A stretch of DNA of 64,000 bases from Spizellomyces punctatus DAOM BR117 (Eukaryota), in assembly GCA_000182565.2 (NCBI GenBank), contig KQ257466.1. The stretch is one strand, 5' to 3'. Of this stretch, positions 38,213-49,718 are shown piece by piece. Position 1 is the stretch's first letter, and the number at the start of each line of letters is the position of its first letter. A program made the translations under genes and the position numbers. The notes under the pieces are model-generated. The model made no database searches. It had not been told where the DNA came from and saw nothing but the letters and a program-made list of their open reading frames with translations.

Positions 38213-39817
38213 CTACATTCGATATCCCAAATCCTCGCCATCGTCATCTTCACCACCCTCGAGCTCAAACCCCCAATCCACCCCATCGTCTTCCCCACCC
38301 ACCTCCTCATCATCCCCATACTTTCCAGTAGGTGCAAGGCCTCGGTAGTTGCGGTACATTCTCCACCGCTTGAGTCGGTGAACAAAAAATACAAATCGAT
38401 CCCAAATCTTGTCGTATCCCAAGAATCTTGCAATCATGTATCCAATCAGAAGAATGAGTGCAAGGACAGCGCCCAGGATCATGGGTAGGATATACACAGC
38501 GGTTTGGATATGCTTGACAATAGATTTGCCTGGTTTTGCAGATTTTGCAGGCAGAGAGCGTGCTATGCTGGCAAAGGTTAGCGTGGCATTCAAATGCTAA
38601 AGTACCAAGAACCAAATTAGTCATGTGTCAAAGCATTCAAGGGTTGGGAGAAATGGCGAATACCTTTTCCACAATCTTTTCAATGCCATCCTTGGCCACA
38701 TCCCCAGCCACCTGAACCATGACCGCAAATGAGCCCGCTTGATCAAAGGTCCAGTCCACTTCGGACCCGGATATGGTCCGCTTCAACAATTCCCACGCCG
38801 ATCCCACGCTGTACATTTTCCCCGCCGCATCATTCATGGCCCCCGTCAACTGAGAATAAACGTTGGCATCCTCTGTCCCCATCATCTTGAGTACACTTGA
38901 CTGAGTGGAAGAGTTGGATGGATGAAACATGTAAGGGATAATGATGGCTGGCTGTTCTGCCACAGTTTGTCGAAAGAAGATGGTTGATGCGGGTTTCTCC
39001 TTTTTGATGAATCTCTGCAGGGCGTCCGTCTCAGGTTCGCTAAATGGAAGTGTTCCATGATAGAAGGGCGAACAGGTATCTTCGTACTCTTGTGTGTTTT
39101 GCTTCAAGTCTCTATCTGGGAGATAGGTGTCCCACATATATCCCCAGTTCCTGGACAGATCCACTCCAGCAGCTGTTTGGTTTTTACATGTTTTTCGCAA
39201 ATTTTTTCCAACGTAGGATTGTGGGGTTGCTGCAGCCCAACCGTCTACGTTGACAATTGGGATAAACCACAGCTTTGTAGTGGAAAGCATGAGCGGAACG
39301 ATGGGATCCGGTTGAGGATCTGACGTCAAGTGCCGAATAGCATGCAGGACCGCGGCGAGGGACAGTGGCTCGTCGCCGCGCAGCGTTGAAGCAAAAAGCA
39401 CAGATGGTCTCCGATCTACAGGGATCGTGGTATCTTTTTTGTTTGTAATGAGGAGAGCAGGGATATCGCTGTAAATTCGAGTTATTTGTCAACAAGCTGT
39501 GGAAGGTCATATGCAATTGAGAAGAGCTTTACCTGTTTTCAACGGACGCCCCAATGGACTTGTACTCGACCAACTGTGGAAACTTGCTTGCCAGCTCTTT
39601 TGCACCGTCTACCACCTCTGAATACTGCAAACAAGTGACCATCTATAAGTGATACCCCTGTCAACTGCGATATGATAAACTAATAACGCACCTTCCAAAA
39701 CCCGCCCACCGATCCAGAGTCCAGTGAACCATTCGTAAAAGAAACACTTTTCACCGGGAGAATGAGATGCGAGAACAGATACGCGACAATGACGACTAGA
39801 TAGTGATGGCCGACCAT
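38213..39817 (-). CDS. M14 zinc-carboxypeptidase-like type I membrane protein, probably inactive, spliced
   Basis: SIGASVENRDI, LWFIPIVNVDG, GKNLR, GVDLSRNW, YHGTLPFSEPET, SGSEVDW; a TM helix and an acidic cytosolic tail. Catalytic residues are substituted. Confidence 0.85.
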
Positions 39818-41572
39818 ATCGCAAATAAAATGCGAAAAGAGGATTGCAGGGCAGGAAACTTTAAATCTTCCCACGTACTGTGGCTGTTTCCAGTGCATGT
39901 CACGTGATATGATGCCAAGAGCCAGCCCAACAGCCGCCTGGTTTTTAACGAGTTCCAAACTCAATGTTCAGCAAGATTGAATCATATCTTTGTGGAATTT
40001 TCCCTATCCATATGCTACTTTTTCAATCTCATCAGATTGTTTAAGATTGGGTTGCTGTATCCACTGAGTTAAATCGCTCCCTTCTTTGTGCGTTTGAATG
40101 ACAGGTTTGCACCCTCAGTTTGGCGTCTGAGTCGCTTCTTTCTGATAGGCAATCCCTCTATGGTATGCTCCTCTATCCCGATATTGTTGTCGAAATTTGA
40201 GGGATGAGGTGGTCAAATGGGTGGGTGAAGAGGCAGACAAAAAAATCTAACACGGTGTTTGTGTCGTCGAGAGTGGTTCAGTCATCCCCAATTCTTGGAG
40301 TTGTGTCCTTGGCGGTCTTCTCAGTGCGTCTATTACTGCCGCCGCCATTTATCCAGCTGTTCCATAGCAATAATTTATTGCTTGTCCAGGATACCGATTT
40401 CTCTCTGCTTCTACGCATTTTGCCCTGTCCACAGTGAAGACAGTTGGCAAGCAAGTTTCCAGAGTGGGTCGACTACAAGTCCATTAGGGGGTTCACTGAA
40501 AACAGGTAAAGGCTTCCTCAGTTAGTTTGCATTCGGGACCGGTCTCAAGAGATCCCGTCATGGCACTGTGTAATCTGAAGGAAAGGAGGAAGGCTCTCAT
40601 GGGAGGTAACATTTCCTGCCATAGATGATACTCTCAAAAAGACTTCCCTGGGAGGGATGTATGGGTCTTAGAGCTCAAACACTCGAAGGTTCTTATGTTC
40701 GGAAAGAGGAAGAATCCCAAGATAAATAGCGCAACGACAGTTCATCGTACATAATCCTCTCATTGATTCGATAGTGGAAGATGTCACCTGGCGTGTATTT
40801 GAACAGAAAGGTGCATGGGGACATTACAAAGCCACGAAAACTGGTCAAAGGATTGAGATTCATGATGGTTCAACACTAAAGGGCATTTGCTGGAACACCA
40901 CTTACTGCCCGACTGACTGAGTGCAGATTTGGGTGTTAGAGTACTCTGCAGCACTTGTACAAAAATAATAACCAGGCCGCCACGAGGTGATTGGCCGGAT
41001 CAAAAGCCTCGCTGCCGAATGGCGAGACCACTGTGTACAACCTCTCGAAACTGTATTGATATGCTCAAGTCCAAAGCGTAGATCTCATCTGCCGAATAGC
41101 GAGTTGCATATCACCTTCTGCACTGTTTTCATCTTGTAAATGTTAACTCTCCCCAATGTCCATCCATCCCGCTGGAGGACAAGGTGCATCACATGAGCAC
41201 AACCACGTGAAATACAAATGATTGGTTGATCGGTTGGCCGCAAGTTCGAATCTTTCCTTTGACAAAAAGAGGAATTGGCCGTTTGGGGCAGGGGATTTGC
41301 TGACGCAACACGAGCGGAAGTGTGAAGGTGTTAAAGTGTTCCAAAAATGCCCCCAAAGTGATAAATGTAACCCACAAATTCCTACACTTGCCATTTTGCA
41401 ATCATACAGCATTTCTTGGCCGCTTTCTTTTTGCTTTTTGTTCTTCTTCTTATTTCTTTGTAGGCGGGTCTGCTTGCGTTTGGTTTTTTTATAGAATACA
41501 TACATTTGCATAGGAACTTGTAGATAGCCTTCTATTTGGATTTTGTGTAGAATAGAGTAGAGCGAGCAGAAA

Positions 41573-43678
41573 ATGAAGGGAGTCGTTGCCGTCGCGGCAT
41601 TGGCAGTGGTCGCCGGCATTGGAGCTCAGTCTGCTCCCGCTTCGTCGGTTCTATTGGGGAGACAACTGTCATCAAACCCACTGTCAAACATTCAGTCTTC
41701 ATCCGTCTCACTCCCGGGCCTGAACGTAGTCACGGCCATTCAGGACCCTCCAGCAACTGGAAATGTGCCTCCCGCTGAAACAAGGGATCCTTCGACTAGT
41801 GCGCCGTCGTCGTCTCCCCCAGAGACAACGCCCACAAACCCAGGAGATCCCACCACCAAGTCACCCACTCCAGCTCCTTCTTCTCCTCCGCCTCCTCCTC
41901 CACCACCACCAGCATCAGAACTTCCTACGAGCACTAGAGTCGTCCAACCCACGCCCAAACCAGATGAGGGTAACAACCCAGGACAAGGCAACCAAGGGGA
42001 TGGAAAGGGAGAAAACGGAAATGCTCCACCACCGCAACCGGCGCCAGAGCAAGGAAAGCCAGAGGAGGGCAAGGACAAGGGCAACGGCAACGCTCCAGAA
42101 CAACCGCTGGTACCTGCTCCCGACAAGGGGAATGAGGCCAACAAGGATCGAATTGGTGCACAAGAAGACAAAAAGCCAAATGACGTTCCATTTTCCTCCG
42201 TGGGTGTCCTCCCAGTCGCTGCAACTGCGGTCCCAACAGCTCCCGCTGGACGCTTCCCTGGTCCTATTTCAAATGCCGTTGCACCCACGCAAGCACCCTC
42301 CAACGGCGACCCAAATGCATTCGGTCAACCGCCTTCTGCCCCGCCTCCCGGAAAGATCTTGTCCACCTCGGCCATGGCGGGTCTCATTTCAGTCGTCGGC
42401 ATTGCCTGTCTTGCTGGTGTCGTGGCCGCTGGGCTCTTGGTTCAACGGCGCCGACGAATTGACGATGCTCATCGAAGCCTGCCCACCACCTCAGGCCCCG
42501 GTCCGTTTTCTAGCCAAAACCAGCAACGGGAAAGCGTTCAAAGCAGTTCATCCGTTACGAGAATCTTGGCCAGAGCGTTCCCTGACATGTTTGCTAACGC
42601 TGTCAAGGCTGGTGTGACCCCAAAGCCCAACGTTCCCATGGTGCCTCCTCCTGTCATGGACGCAACGCCTCAACGAAAGCTGGAGAGGGATATTTCCCTT
42701 CCACCTCTTCACATTGAACAAGAAGAGGAAGAAGAGCGCCGTACGTCAACCATTGAGCGGGCCGTCACTGCCGTTTTTGATCGCAGCACAAAGAGTCCCG
42801 TCATGATGTTTAACGAGTCTGCGTTTTATGGGCATCTTCCCAACGCGCAGATTGCGGCGCTAGCTGCAGAGAGCGGAGCAGCGTTCATGGCGCGTGACTC
42901 GCTTGACAGCACGATTCCTCCCAACCTCCCGCCCCCCGTGGCACCAGAGGCGTCGGACTCTGTCACGACGCCCGGGAGTCCCCTTGTCGCCAATGCGACA
43001 GCACTGGAACCCAAAACTGCACCTATTGGACATTTGAATCCCAACTATGAGTACAACAACTCTCGGTACCGGTTTTCCGCCGACTCTGACTATACGGACT
43101 ATACGACACTTGATCGCTCCTCTGCGTACCGCGCCTCCCGCATCATCGATGACACACACAGCGACACAACGACAGAGAGAATGCCACGCGATTCTGCCGC
43201 TTATTCCGTACGATCAAGTCGTCGGGCAAGTTGGTTTACCGATACGTCTGGATTTGACACGTACCGTCGTAGCTTCATGTCTACCGACTCGCAAGCCGGA
43301 ATCAGAAGGAGTTTGCAATTGCGACGCAGTATGGATGCATCCACCCAAAAGGCGGCCCCGCCCCAATCCTCCATTCTCGCCGCGTTGAACCACATGGGCG
43401 CCAACGTGGACATTCCAGCCTCCTCATACGACACACTCCCCACATCTGTTTCGTCTTATTACTACGAACATGATGCTCATCTTGACAATGATGATACAGA
43501 AACAGAGGACAATGAGCCTACACTGACACGTCCCCCCAAAAACCCCATCAGAAGCGATACACTCCGAAGTGGCACGACGGGCGTGACGAGTGAGAGTTTT
43601 GCGACTGCTTTGGAGAGTCACAGAGGGTTGAGTGACGATGAAGAGTGGGATAGTATGGATAGAAACGTAAAGTTTTAA
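41573..43678 (+). CDS. Single-pass membrane protein with a Pro/Ser/Thr-rich ectodomain and Ser/Tyr-rich cytosolic tail
   Basis: 701-aa intronless ORF with signal peptide MKGVVAVAALAVVAG and TM MAGLISVVGIACLAGVVAAGLLV followed by QRRRR. Confidence 0.85.
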   Translation: MKGVVAVAALAVVAGIGAQSAPASSVLLGRQLSSNPLSNIQSSSVSLPGLNVVTAIQDPPATGNVPPAETRDPSTSAPSSSPPETTPTNPGDPTTKSPTPAPSSPPPPPPPPPASELPTSTRVVQPTPKPDEGNNPGQGNQGDGKGENGNAPPPQPAPEQGKPEEGKDKGNGNAPEQPLVPAPDKGNEANKDRIGAQEDKKPNDVPFSSVGVLPVAATAVPTAPAGRFPGPISNAVAPTQAPSNGDPNAFGQPPSAPPPGKILSTSAMAGLISVVGIACLAGVVAAGLLVQRRRRIDDAHRSLPTTSGPGPFSSQNQQRESVQSSSSVTRILARAFPDMFANAVKAGVTPKPNVPMVPPPVMDATPQRKLERDISLPPLHIEQEEEEERRTSTIERAVTAVFDRSTKSPVMMFNESAFYGHLPNAQIAALAAESGAAFMARDSLDSTIPPNLPPPVAPEASDSVTTPGSPLVANATALEPKTAPIGHLNPNYEYNNSRYRFSADSDYTDYTTLDRSSAYRASRIIDDTHSDTTTERMPRDSAAYSVRSSRRASWFTDTSGFDTYRRSFMSTDSQAGIRRSLQLRRSMDASTQKAAPPQSSILAALNHMGANVDIPASSYDTLPTSVSSYYYEHDAHLDNDDTETEDNEPTLTRPPKNPIRSDTLRSGTTGVTSESFATALESHRGLSDDEEWDSMDRNVKF

Positions 43679-44136
43679 TTTGCAGTGACGGCTGGACCGT
43701 TCATGATTTTTTTTTTCTAGTTTTGATGTGAGTTTGCATTACTTTGAATTTTTTGTATGATATAGAAAACAGACTTATAGAGATGGGATAGATGGCCTCC
43801 TTGGTTTTCTTTTGTAATGAATGCAGTATCTTGCTGTTGAAAATAAACAAATGACTTGAAGCTTAAGAAACGTGCTTGCAAGTATAAACAAACGATCGCA
43901 CGCTTAAAGTCATGTGACAATCATGCGTTCAAATCCCGCCGCATGCAATGCTATTTTTGGGGACAGGCGGCATTTTTGATCGTTGGAAGAGCGTGAGAAA
44001 TTTTTTTGGGATCGGTGGTTACAATGACGGCAACCGTCAAAACATCCGGGCGTACTATAAAAAGGATCGATGTTTGGGGTTTTCCCACCCGTCGTTTTGT
44101 AGAGCACTTACGACGACGACCAAGACGACGACGACC

Positions 44137-45306
44137 ATGCACCCAACGACAACTCTCTTCACCCTCGCCCTCTTGGCTAGCCCGGTGTACAGCGCAACGA
44201 TTGTAGAAACTCTTGCTTCTCGGCCTGAACTCTCTTCCGTAGCCGCATTCGCAAAGGACAACCCAGACTGGTCTGGACCTGGCGTCAACAAGACGTTGAT
44301 TGCCCCTACGAACGATGCCGTGACAAAGGGACGTACCGCGGGTACATTGCCCGCAACGGCTTCAGGTGCATTCTTTTTGGCAGAAAGCGTTGATCATCGG
44401 ACACGGCCCAATTACAAGATTTTGAAGGGCAAGGACGGTGCCATGCTGTTTGGTGAGTCTTGTAGTTGTTTTTGCCCATTTCAAGCAATTGGGTGGAGAC
44501 TAATGTCAATCTGTACAGACAATTACGTCCCGGAAGGTCCACCAGAAATTCACATCCGGTCATCTACCAACAATGGCCTCGCAACTGGCCAAATCCAGTG
44601 CGATGACGGCTGGCTCTACATTTCCGACATTGCCATCGAACCCGCCGCCGTGCCCTCCGTTTCCGCTGTACGGGGCCCAGCTGCTGCAACCGCCTTCATC
44701 GACCTCTTCAAATCCATCAATGCGGTCGGCGCTCTTGATGCACAAAAGGACGTGACAATCTTCGCCCCCAGCAATGCAGCCATTGCCGCTGCTCAGGCCC
44801 AAATTGCTGCGTTGGCACCCAACCAACTTGCTGCCGTTCTGTCAGCCCACATTGGTAAACCTTCCCGCTTTACAACAGAGCTCAGTCCCGGAGCCTGGCC
44901 GACTCTGTTCGGAAGTTACGCACTCAACACAACCGTTGGAAATGAGGTTGCATATGTCAATGATGCACAGTTGGCGTCACCTGTTGATAACCCTACCTCT
45001 GCGGGAGCGATGCATGTTATTAACAAGGTGATCATTCCTCCCAATCTCCCTGCACCCAACTCCTCTCCTGTTGCCATTGGAACTATTCCAGCAGGTACAA
45101 ATGCCACTACCTCTGCTGTGCCTTCTTCGACAACTGCCACTGCATCAGCAGTCCCGACCCAGACAGCTAGCAGGACTAGTACCACCTCTGCGCCTAAAGC
45201 GACTACCACTACCTCGTCGAACGTCACGTCTGGCGCCGTCCAGGGTGTTGCGTCGTACGTCGGTGCCTTTCTGGCTGGATTGGTCGGCCTGGCGTTTGCT
45301 GCGTAA
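44137..45306 (+). CDS. Fasciclin (FAS1) domain GPI-anchored protein; intron about 44453-44518
   Basis: Signal peptide; two FAS1 H1 motifs (TLIAPTNDA, TIFAPSNAA); H2 GAMHVINKVIIP; Ser/Thr stalk; hydrophobic GPI signal. Confidence 0.9.
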   Translation: MHPTTTLFTLALLASPVYSATIVETLASRPELSSVAAFAKDNPDWSGPGVNKTLIAPTNDAVTKGRTAGTLPATASGAFFLAESVDHRTRPNYKILKGKDGAMLFGESCSCFCPFQAIGWRLMSICTDNYVPEGPPEIHIRSSTNNGLATGQIQCDDGWLYISDIAIEPAAVPSVSAVRGPAAATAFIDLFKSINAVGALDAQKDVTIFAPSNAAIAAAQAQIAALAPNQLAAVLSAHIGKPSRFTTELSPGAWPTLFGSYALNTTVGNEVAYVNDAQLASPVDNPTSAGAMHVINKVIIPPNLPAPNSSPVAIGTIPAGTNATTSAVPSSTTATASAVPTQTASRTSTTSAPKATTTTSSNVTSGAVQGVASYVGAFLAGLVGLAFAA

Positions 45307-46858
45307 GAATTGGATGCATGGCTAGTGCGAGGTGGTAGGGCGTAGAAAGCATGTTGTAATACCGTTAGCATTTGTCAAGTAGCTGTTATGAGGACATTAG
45401 AGCTTGTCTGAGAATGTTCCCCTCATGAATAGAAAGTTTATCTCATGAATAGAAGTTTCAAAGGCCCTGATGAATTTGTCTACATACTTTGCTTTGGGTT
45501 GCTCGTTCGGCTCCCCGTTGACTGAAGGTTAGACTACAAGGATCACCATGCACTATGTGGTTGGAATAGGGTAAGATGAGTATGGAGCACTATGCATCTC
45601 CTACTGCAGCGCATGCCGTTACTATGATACTCCATTCCAAATGTAGTGGGACTCTCATAGTTTGGAAATATAGGGACGTGGTCTGGAAGAGAGTTGTGGG
45701 ATGTGACCTCATTGATGCTCGATCCTTAAGTCTTTGACCCTCTCCCTACTCGTCCTTCTATATTCATCACCTTGTGCAAGCAAGGTTCTTCGTTCCGGTC
45801 CGCAAGTCTGCGTTTTATCCCTCTCTAGCACAAGACCAGAATTTTCTGTCACCCTGTATTGTAGAGTTTTTACCTTTATTGCTTATTGAATCGATTGCAC
45901 GACTACTGCACGGTCCGTTATGCTTGTAGTAGCGCTACTTGTTAATATCACACGACTGGCACACGACTCGTCCATGAAAAAGCATCTTAGGCTCCGTGGT
46001 GGTTATGTTGCTTTAAAGAAAATATGCAACCTTGGATCTGTGCTTTCAGTCATCTTTTCGTAAGAGTATGTAAGTCATGAAATGCACATCCATTCCAGCA
46101 GGGTACCAACACACGACAGTGATAGTTTATACAACTACTTGCTGTCACAATTTGAACAAACGACGGGACTGTCTGCGTTCACCATCACCATCAAAGTACA
46201 ATGGCCGTCGCAATCACGCTGTAGAGCACGTCCATTTGTTGATTCCGTTTTAATTGCCCGAAAAAGCGCAGCATTTAGCGAACGTCCATGAAACTGCCAG
46301 TTGAACGTATTCCCGGAACTCAGCTGCTTGAAAAACGCTCCTCTACTGACCCTTTTACCGTAACCTGCATGACCGCGCATTGAATGGTTGCTCCGTGATT
46401 CCACAGACGTCAGCCCACTACAAACATCACTACATGTTGCTAATTGCTCTGTACCCTAAACTGCAGGACAGGGAGGTATCGGTTTCCATGATCACCACAC
46501 ACAAGACTGGTTTGTTTTGTATGCGTGGGTAATGCGTTCACGTATCCCATGAAAGATGCAAGCCTCGACAGGGACACCAGCACACGACCACCTCTACAAC
46601 TTGAAGCCATCTATCGATCATTACAATCTTGTTGGACGGGAGCACTAAACGTATTTAGTAAAGATCAGGGAGAGAGAGGAAGGATTTTTGCGTTATGGGT
46701 AGGTTCTGCACGCTCAAGAAAGTTTCAGCTCAAAGCACCATCCGTGAATACGAAAACAAAACATGATCCAAACAAGTTTTTAAAATAAGCCCCCCAACCT
46801 CTTCACACATCCCTCCTGCTACTTACGTTTATTCTCATCCTCATACTCTAATTTCCTC

Positions 46859-49380
46859 ATGTATCGATACTTGTCTTTTGCTGTCTTAGCTGTCGTGGCT
46901 GGACAGCTAAGTGCAGCACCCGTGGGGGACGTGTACCCATTTTGTAAGTTTCCATCCTCCAGCAATATCGGAATTGTGTATCGTTCACTGATAATTCTAT
47001 AGTTCCTGTCACGGGGAGTGGGGATTGGGGTGTCCCCGTCTCGAAAGCCAAGGAACTTATCAAGGAGCTTTCGGTTGATGAAAAGGTGGCCATCGTCACG
47101 GGGATCGGGTGGGCGAATGGACCTTGCGTAAGGATCAAATCTGTTTTTCATAATGTTTTATATGTGTCTTGTTAATTTGGGGTTTTTAATGGGTAGGTTG
47201 GGAATATCCAATCTGTTCCAAAGATTCAGTTTCCTGGCTTGTGTTTACAGGATGGACCAGCCGGAATCCGTTTTGCTGACAATGTAACTGTGTTTGGTGC
47301 AAGGTACTTGATTCTTGTATCGCACATTTGCTAAGAAAATGTACTGTCTCACACATTTTGTTAGCATCAATGTAGCCGCCACATTCGACAAGGACCTCAT
47401 GGAACAACACGGGCAACTCCTTGGTAAAGAATTCCGGCAAAAGGGCGTCAACATTGCACTTGCTCCCGCTATGAACCTGGCACGTACTCCCGAAGGTGGC
47501 CGAAACTGGGAAGGCCAAGGCGCAGATCCCTACCTCGCTGCCATCTCCGCTTCCCTCCAAATCAAAGGAATCCAATCTCAAGGCGTCATCGCAACCGCGA
47601 AACACTTTATCGGAAACGAACAAGAGCACGCCCGAGAAAAGAGTTCATCCGATATAGACGATCGCACCCTCCATGAAATCTATTTACCACCTTTTGAAGC
47701 CTCCATTAAAGCCGGCGTAGGCGCCATCATGTGTGCATACAACCTCGTCAACGGAACCTACGCCTGTGAAAACCCTCATCTCCTCCAAACCGTCTTGAGA
47801 GGCGAGCTCGATTTCAACGGTTTTGTCATGACAGATTGGTGGGCCGGTATGAGTGGACGCGAGACGGCGCTGGGTGGATCGGATATGATGATGGCTGGTG
47901 AGACCATGTGGGGGGCAAAAGAGTCGTACTGGGGCCCTAATTTGGTGCGCATGGTCAACGATGGGAGTGTTCCCATGGCGAGGTTGGATGACATGGTCAC
48001 CAGAATTCTGGCAGCGTGGTTGAAAATGGGACAGGATAAAGATTTCCCTCCTACCAATTTCAATTCGTTTGACACTAGCAAAGGGTCTCATGTCGATGTG
48101 CGCGGGGATCACGCCGAGCATGTCCGTAAAGTCGGTGCAGCCTCCACAGTGCTCCTCAAAAACCAAGGAGTCCTGCCTCTGAACAAAGTCAAGACGGTCG
48201 CGGTACTGGGATCTGATGCTAGGACCCCCGAGGATCCAAACAAGTTTGCTGATCGCGGTGGAGTGGACGGAACGGTCGCTCTAGGATGGGGATCTGGTAC
48301 CGCGAATTTCACATATCTCGTTGGCGTAAGTCCTACTTTACTACTCATTTTGCAAAGCAAATCTAACGTCTCTCTTTTCGATAGCCTTACGATGGAATTC
48401 TTGCTCAAGCTACACCACAGGGGATCAATGTTACCCACTCTTTTGATGATTGGGATGTCTCCAAAGCGGCGGAGACGGCCAAGCAAGCTGACGTGGCAAT
48501 TGTCTGCGTTGCAGCGGATTCCGGTGAGGGATTCATTACCGTCGAAGGAAACGCTGGGGATAGGAATAATCTGACATTATGGAATAATGGGGACGCTTTG
48601 GTACGTATGTCATTCCATGAGTCGGTAGTTTTCACACCATGCTGAATGACACTTGTACAGGTCCAAGCTGTCGCTGATGCAAATCCAAACACCATTGTCG
48701 TCATCCACTCCCCAGGCGCCATCACCATGCCATGGATCCAGCATCCCAACATCAAAGCAGTCCTAATGGCCCTCATGCCCGGCCAAGAATCCGGTAACAG
48801 CTTGGCTGATGTCCTCTTCGGCAAAACAAACCCCTCGGGTCGTCTTCCTTTCACCATCAACACCACTCCAGAAGAGTACGGCGCCCATGTTCAGTACCAC
48901 ACCAACGTCCCCGTGGACACCCGCAATAGATGCATCCCCGAAACATGCCCGCACATTGCATACTCGGAAGGACTACTGGTTGATTACCGATACAATGAAG
49001 CCAAGAACATTGAACCCCTTTTTGGATTCGGACATGGCTTGTCATATACGAGTTTCCAGTACTCGGGACTCGCTATTTCGACCAGTGGGTCGACAGCCCG
49101 GGTTTCAGTAACCGTCACAAACACGGGCGCCGTACCTGGACATGAAGTCGTCCAATTGTACCTCCGCTCCCCGCCTGTTGCTCAAAAATCGTTTAAAGAA
49201 CTCAAGGGCTTTTCCAGAGTATTTTTAGAGGCGGGGCAATCCACCACGGTTGACTTTGATCTATCTGAACGGGATTGTAGTTTTTGGAATGATGGGTGGA
49301 AGGTTGCTCAAGGAACCTTTGAGGTCTTGATGGGTGCTTCCAGTAGGGACATGAGGGTAAACGGTACTTTTGTCATTTAA
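46859..49380 (+). CDS. Secreted glycoside hydrolase family 3 beta-glucosidase, spliced
   Basis: Signal MYRYLSFAVLAVVAGQLSA; LCLQDGPAGIR, GGRNWEG, TAKHFIGNEQE, nucleophile motif GFVMTDWW, VLLKN, ADSGEG, PSGRLPFT, FGHGLSYT, C-terminal Fn3-like EVVQLY...ELKGF. Confidence 0.96.
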
Positions 49381-49678
49381 AAAAACCTCATCGTTGTCGT
49401 TTGTTGCAGTGTCCAAAATATCATTGTCGGTGATTTTACCTTCGATCGCTTACCTAATGCTGACACATGTAATTCATCCAAATACGGTGAGATGAAACTT
49501 AAAGAAGCAAAAAAAGAGTAAAATTTAAGTCACACTTCTCCAAAGGTGTGACAATGAACGGCCTTGTCATTTGCCTGTAGGGGATCATGATTGCTCAAGG
49601 TTGGGATTTTGAGAGTTTTTGGAGAGTTTTGGGCGGAGATTTTAACGGTTATTTTAGAAGGAGGGCATCTGGTCGTTT

Positions 49679-49699
49679 CCCCCCCCCCCCCCCCCCCCC
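49679..49699. repeat. C21 homopolymer
   Basis: 21 consecutive C ending about 20 bp before the RhoGAP ATG. Confidence 0.9.
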
Positions 49700-49718
49700 G
49701 TAACTTGAAAGCAACGTC

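Noticed and set aside
40560-40920. Protein-like broken reading frame (…IVHNPLIDSIVEDVTWRVFEQKGAWGHYK…)
   Set aside because: Interrupted by stops, with no recognisable transposase or other motif; too weak to call a pseudogene.
43948-44136. N-terminal extension of the fasciclin ORF
   Set aside because: A TATA box at about 44056 and a signal peptide starting at ATG 44137 indicate the downstream start.
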